Assembly: GCA_963665325.3 (NCBI GenBank)
Contig: OZ224045.1
Span: 1,664,001 to 1,728,000 of the forward strand
Source of the DNA: Alphaproteobacteria bacterium
GTDB taxonomy: Bacteria; Pseudomonadota; Alphaproteobacteria; Bin95
Direction of reading: 5' to 3'
DNA: 64,000 nucleotides
The notes under the pieces were generated by a model, which did no database searches, was not told where the DNA came from, and was given only the letters and a program-made list of their open reading frames with translations. Shown one piece after another: positions 59,911-64,000 of this stretch (its first letter is position 1; each line of letters begins with the position of its first letter). The position numbers were made by a program, and so were the translations under genes.

Positions 59911-61318
59911 TCGAAGCAACGAAAGCCCGATCACCTGGCCGATCGCTTCCCTGGTCGAGGCCTACCGGCGGGGCCGGTTGTCGCCGGTCGAGGTGGCGAA
60001 TGAGGCGCTCGCGCGGATCGATCGGCTGAATCCGTCGCTTCATGCCTATCTCGTCCGCTTCGACGATCTTGCGCGCCGCCAGGCGCGCGAAGCCGAGGCC
60101 GCCTACCAGGCCGATCGGGCGCTGCCGCTGAGCGGCGTACCGATCTCGATCAAGGACACCTACCCGCTTGCCGGGGCCGTGACGACCTTCGGTTCGGTCG
60201 TGCACCGCGATAACATCGCACGGCGGGACAGCGGGCTCGTTCGCAGGCTGAGAGCTGCGGGCGCCGTGTTCACCGGCAAGACCAACACCGCCGAATTCGG
60301 CCAGTCGGCGACGTGCGACAACCGTCTCGGCCCGGAGGCCGGCAACCCGTGGGATACCACGCGCACGCCGGGCGGTTCGAGCGGGGGCGCGGCGGTTTCG
60401 GTCGCGGCGGGGCTTGCCAGCATTGCGCTGGCCTCCGACGGCGGTGGGTCGATCCGCATTCCGGCATCGTTCACCGGATTGTTCGGCTTCAAACCCACCC
60501 ATGGCCTTTGCCCCGACGAAGGCGGCTTGCAGGCAATGTCGGATTTCGTTTGCCCGGGGCCCCTGGCGCGGAGCGCCTCCGATGCGCGTACGTTCCTGAG
60601 TGCGCTTCTCGGGCGACGGTTAAGCCGCGCCAGCGCGGGAGGAGGGTTGCGCATTGCCTGGTGCCCGCGCCCCGAGGGACGCCCTGTCGATCCGGGCGTC
60701 GCGGCGACCGTCCAGGCCGCCGTCGCGAGTCTCGAGGCGTTGGGCCACAAGGTCGTCGAGACCGCATTGCCCTTCGAAGGATGGAACGAGGCGTTCGGGC
60801 CGCTTGTCCTCGCCGAGGAACATCGCGAGCGCGGCGACCTGCTCCAACGGTTCCCGGATGCGCTTAGCGACTATGTACGCAGGTCACTGACGGCGGCGCG
60901 GACGCTCACCGCTGACGACATTGCGGCCGGCCGTACGGCGCACCGCAATTATCGCGCCCATATTGCCACGCTGTTCGAGGCCTGGGACGCGATCGCGACA
61001 CCGGCTACAGCTGTCACCGCCTTTCCCTCCGGCAAGCGGCCGAAGCGGATCGCCGGTTGCGAGGTCGACCGGCTTTGGGGCGCATTTCCCTTCGCGGTGC
61101 CGTTCAATGTCTCCGGCAATCCCGCCATATCTCTACCGTGCGGGCTCGCCGGCGGACTGCCCGTGGGTCTGCAGCTCGTCATGCCGTTGAACGACGATGA
61201 GAGACTCCTCGATCTTGCTGAAGACGTGGAAGAGACCGTCGCATTCGACCGGGGCCCGATGGACGATCCGGCGCCGCGGCTGGCGGCCGCGGCAGCTTCG
61301 CTCGAGCCGCACCAATGA
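59903..61318 (+). CDS. Amidase-signature amidase
   Basis: IKDT, GKTNTAEFG, GGSSGGA, SDGGGSIR. Confidence 0.9.
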   Translation: MPDRSNESPITWPIASLVEAYRRGRLSPVEVANEALARIDRLNPSLHAYLVRFDDLARRQAREAEAAYQADRALPLSGVPISIKDTYPLAGAVTTFGSVVHRDNIARRDSGLVRRLRAAGAVFTGKTNTAEFGQSATCDNRLGPEAGNPWDTTRTPGGSSGGAAVSVAAGLASIALASDGGGSIRIPASFTGLFGFKPTHGLCPDEGGLQAMSDFVCPGPLARSASDARTFLSALLGRRLSRASAGGGLRIAWCPRPEGRPVDPGVAATVQAAVASLEALGHKVVETALPFEGWNEAFGPLVLAEEHRERGDLLQRFPDALSDYVRRSLTAARTLTADDIAAGRTAHRNYRAHIATLFEAWDAIATPATAVTAFPSGKRPKRIAGCEVDRLWGAFPFAVPFNVSGNPAISLPCGLAGGLPVGLQLVMPLNDDERLLDLAEDVEETVAFDRGPMDDPAPRLAAAAASLEPHQ

Positions 61319-61473
61319 CGAACGGGAGGGATCCGATGAAATGATATCGCCGAAGTCATGATGCCGCGTCTCCGGACAACGGGTTCGGACCGGTCGCCAT
61401 GGTGGCGCGGCTCTCGAGGAAGTCGTCCAACAAGCGAGTATCTAGCCAGATTCTGGTTCATCGGGAGGAGAAG

Positions 61474-62694
61474 ATGAGAACTTCCAAGGCGTTTCTATCG
61501 ACGACCGGCGCCGCCGCCGCGGTCGCGGCCAGTGTCGCGTTTGGGCCCATGCCCGCCGCGGCGGAGACCATTCGCATCGGCGACATCAACTCTTACACGA
61601 GGCTGCCGGCCCACACGGTTCCCTACCGGCAGGGCGCAATACTTGCGATTGAGGAATTCAACGGCTCGGGCGGCGTACTCGGGCGCCAGCTCGAGTTCGT
61701 ATCGCACGACGATCAGGGAAAACCGGGCGAGGCGGTCAAGGTTGCCGAGCGGCTCTTCGCCCGCGACAAGGTGGCCCTGATCTCGGGCTCCCTGTTCAGC
61801 CATGTCGGGTTGGCGCTCACGGCCTACGCCAAGAAGAGCAAGCGATTGTACATCGCGGCTGAGCCGCTGGCCGACGCCCTGGTCTGGGCCCAGGGCAACC
61901 GCTACACCTTCCGGCTGCGCCCTTCCACGTACATGCAGGCGGCCATGCTTGCTGCCGAGGTCGCGAAGGTCGAGAAAGCCAAGCGCTGGGCAACCATCGC
62001 GCCCAACTACGCCTACGGCAAGGATGCCGTCGCAGCGTTCCAGAGGGTGTTGACGCAGCTGCGACCGGATGTGGAGTTCGTCGGTTCGCAATGGCCGGCG
62101 CTCTTCAAGATTGACGCCGGTGCCGAGGTCGAGGCGCTCAAGCGCCTGGAGCCGGACGCGATCTACAATGTCACCTTCGGGGGCGATCTCGCCAAGTTCG
62201 CGCGCGAGGGCAAGTTGCGCGGCCTCTTCGAGGGGCGGCTGATGGTCGGATTGCTGACCGGCGAGCCCGAATACATCGATCCCCTCAAGGACGAAGCGCC
62301 GGAGGGTTGGCTGGTTACCGGTTACCCCTGGTACGACATCGAGACTCCGGAGCACAAGGCGTTCGTGGCCGCGTACCAAAAGCGTTGGGACGACTATCCG
62401 CGGATTGGCTCGGTCGTCGGCTACAACACGATGCTGGCCATCAAGGCAATGCTCGAACGGGCGGGCTCGACCGACACGGAGAAAATGGTTGATGCCATGG
62501 AAGGGCTGAACTTCGAAGCCCCGACAGGACCGATCACGTTTCGGGCGATCGACCATCAAGCGACAATGGGAGCCTATGTCGGCTGGACCAAGCTGCGCGA
62601 CGGCAAGGGCGTCATGGTCGACTGGAAGTACCTCGACGGCGCGGACTACCTGCCGTCGGATGATGAAGTCCGGAAACTGCGCGGCGGACAATGA
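61474..62694 (+). CDS. Liv-type ABC substrate-binding protein
   Basis: GGAGGAG RBS; signal peptide; GGVLGRQLE; FRLRPSTYMQ; APNYAYG. Confidence 0.9.
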   Translation: MRTSKAFLSTTGAAAAVAASVAFGPMPAAAETIRIGDINSYTRLPAHTVPYRQGAILAIEEFNGSGGVLGRQLEFVSHDDQGKPGEAVKVAERLFARDKVALISGSLFSHVGLALTAYAKKSKRLYIAAEPLADALVWAQGNRYTFRLRPSTYMQAAMLAAEVAKVEKAKRWATIAPNYAYGKDAVAAFQRVLTQLRPDVEFVGSQWPALFKIDAGAEVEALKRLEPDAIYNVTFGGDLAKFAREGKLRGLFEGRLMVGLLTGEPEYIDPLKDEAPEGWLVTGYPWYDIETPEHKAFVAAYQKRWDDYPRIGSVVGYNTMLAIKAMLERAGSTDTEKMVDAMEGLNFEAPTGPITFRAIDHQATMGAYVGWTKLRDGKGVMVDWKYLDGADYLPSDDEVRKLRGGQ

Positions 62695-62777
62695 ACCGGC
62701 GCACGATCGGGGGCCGGCCAGCCGGCCCCTGACGCCGGTGTCGGTAAACAAGGCGGTCTGAGCGAGAGAACCGGAGC

Positions 62778-64000
62778 GTGGCGGATTTCATTGTCAGCTT
62801 ACTGACGGGGTTGTCCAGCGCCGCCGCTATGTTCCTGGTCGCTTCGGGGTTGTCGATCATCTTCGGGGTGACCCGGATCGTGAACTTCGCCCACGGTTCG
62901 TTCTACATGCTGGGCGCCTATATTGGATACACGCTGGTCCAGGCGATCGGCTCCACGGCGATCGGCTTTTGGGCTGCCGTCCTGATTGCCGCCGTCGCCG
63001 TCGGCCTGATCGGCGTTGCCATGGAGATCCTGCTGCTTCGCCGGATCTACAGGGCGCCGGAACTCTTTCAGTTGATCGCGACTTTCGGGGTCATCCTGGT
63101 TATCCAGGACGTGGCGCTGTGGGTCTGGGGATCGGAGGATCTCGTCGGTCCGCAGGCTCCCGGTCTCAAAGGCGCGGCAAACATCCTCGGCAAGCCGATT
63201 CCCGAATACGACCTGGCCCTGATCGCGATATCGCCATTGGTGCTGATCGGCTTGTGGGCGCTGTTCAAACTGACCCGCTGGGGCACGCTGGTGCGGGCCG
63301 CAACGCAAGACCGGCAGATGGTGGCGGCGCTGGGAGTCAATCAGCGCTGGCTGTTCACCGGCGTCCTGTTTCTCGGCTCCGCTCTCGCCGGGCTGGGCGG
63401 GGCCGTTCAGATCCCCAAGGGCGGCGCCGACCTGCTGATGGACTTCAATATCCTTGCCGCCGCATTCGTCGTGGTCGTGGTGGGCGGCATGGGCAGCATT
63501 TTCGGAGCCTTCTGGGCCGCGGTGCTGTTCGGCATCCTCCAGACCTTCGGCATCCAGATACTGCCGAACTCCACGCTGGTGCTGATGTTCCTGGTCATGG
63601 CGGTGGTCCTGATCTTCCGGCCGTGGGGGCTGCTCGGCATGCCGGAGACATTGGGTCAGGCGCCCCCTGGCCCACCGGAGCAGCCGTTGCGTCCGGCCTT
63701 GCCGCGGATACGTGTATTGGCAGGCACGGCAACCGCGTTGCTCCTCGCGCTCCCGATCGTACACCTCGTCTTCCCCGAGGTGGTCGGCACTTTCACCCTG
63801 GTCCTGGTGATCGAGATCATGGTGTTTGTGCTGTTCGCCGCGGCGCTGCATTTCATCATGGGACCGGGCGGGATGGTCAGCTTCGGCCACGCCGCATATT
63901 TCGGCGGCGGCGCGTATGCGGCCGCGCTCCTGGTTAAGTTTGCAGACGCGCCGTTCGAGCTCGCGTTCTGGGCCGCGCCGGTCGGCGCAGCGCTGCTTGC
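62778..64000 (+). CDS. Fused LivH-LivM ABC permease, partial (runs off the window)
   Basis: Not in the ORF track. Manual translation: VADFIVSLLTG..IFGVTRIVNFAHGSFYMLGAY; near the end RPWGLLG reads in frame into a second permease motif, GMVSFGHAAYFG. Confidence 0.85.
   Translation, partial: MADFIVSLLTGLSSAAAMFLVASGLSIIFGVTRIVNFAHGSFYMLGAYIGYTLVQAIGSTAIGFWAAVLIAAVAVGLIGVAMEILLLRRIYRAPELFQLIATFGVILVIQDVALWVWGSEDLVGPQAPGLKGAANILGKPIPEYDLALIAISPLVLIGLWALFKLTRWGTLVRAATQDRQMVAALGVNQRWLFTGVLFLGSALAGLGGAVQIPKGGADLLMDFNILAAAFVVVVVGGMGSIFGAFWAAVLFGILQTFGIQILPNSTLVLMFLVMAVVLIFRPWGLLGMPETLGQAPPGPPEQPLRPALPRIRVLAGTATALLLALPIVHLVFPEVVGTFTLVLVIEIMVFVLFAAALHFIMGPGGMVSFGHAAYFGGGAYAAALLVKFADAPFELAFWAAPVGAALL

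Overview
GC-rich bacterial DNA, Alphaproteobacteria-like by gene content (inference). Five uptake and catabolism blocks. (1) An amide/urea-derivative cluster: partial ureE-like gene, two amidase-signature amidases, a small GatC/AtzG-like partner and an Urt/AmiC-like ABC transporter. (2) A peptide-type ABC operon ending in an amidase. (3) A LacI-controlled block with a sulfatase, sugar-type ABC transporter, bicupin and MetE-II, next to a SABATH-type methyltransferase. (4) Hydantoinase/oxoprolinase A and B. (5) A TetR-linked block with three acyl-CoA ligases, an amidohydrolase, two SDRs, an LLM oxidoreductase, an amidase and two Liv-type ABC systems. Mobile-element scars lie between the blocks (IS66, two IS21, IS481 and a probable ISKra4-like remnant), plus an intact-looking IS630 and IS110. 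Best leads: a roughly 2.7 kb element made only of two tandem, catalytically complete arm-type tyrosine recombinases that cuts off an 11-repeat fibronectin-III protein; an IS110 whose bridge-RNA donor guides can be read from the sequence (GAG core) but whose target guides do not match its flanks; and a structured non-coding element with its own promoter, which that IS110 interrupts. No rRNA, tRNA or CRISPR array was seen. Family assignments come from motifs recognised by eye, not from database searches.
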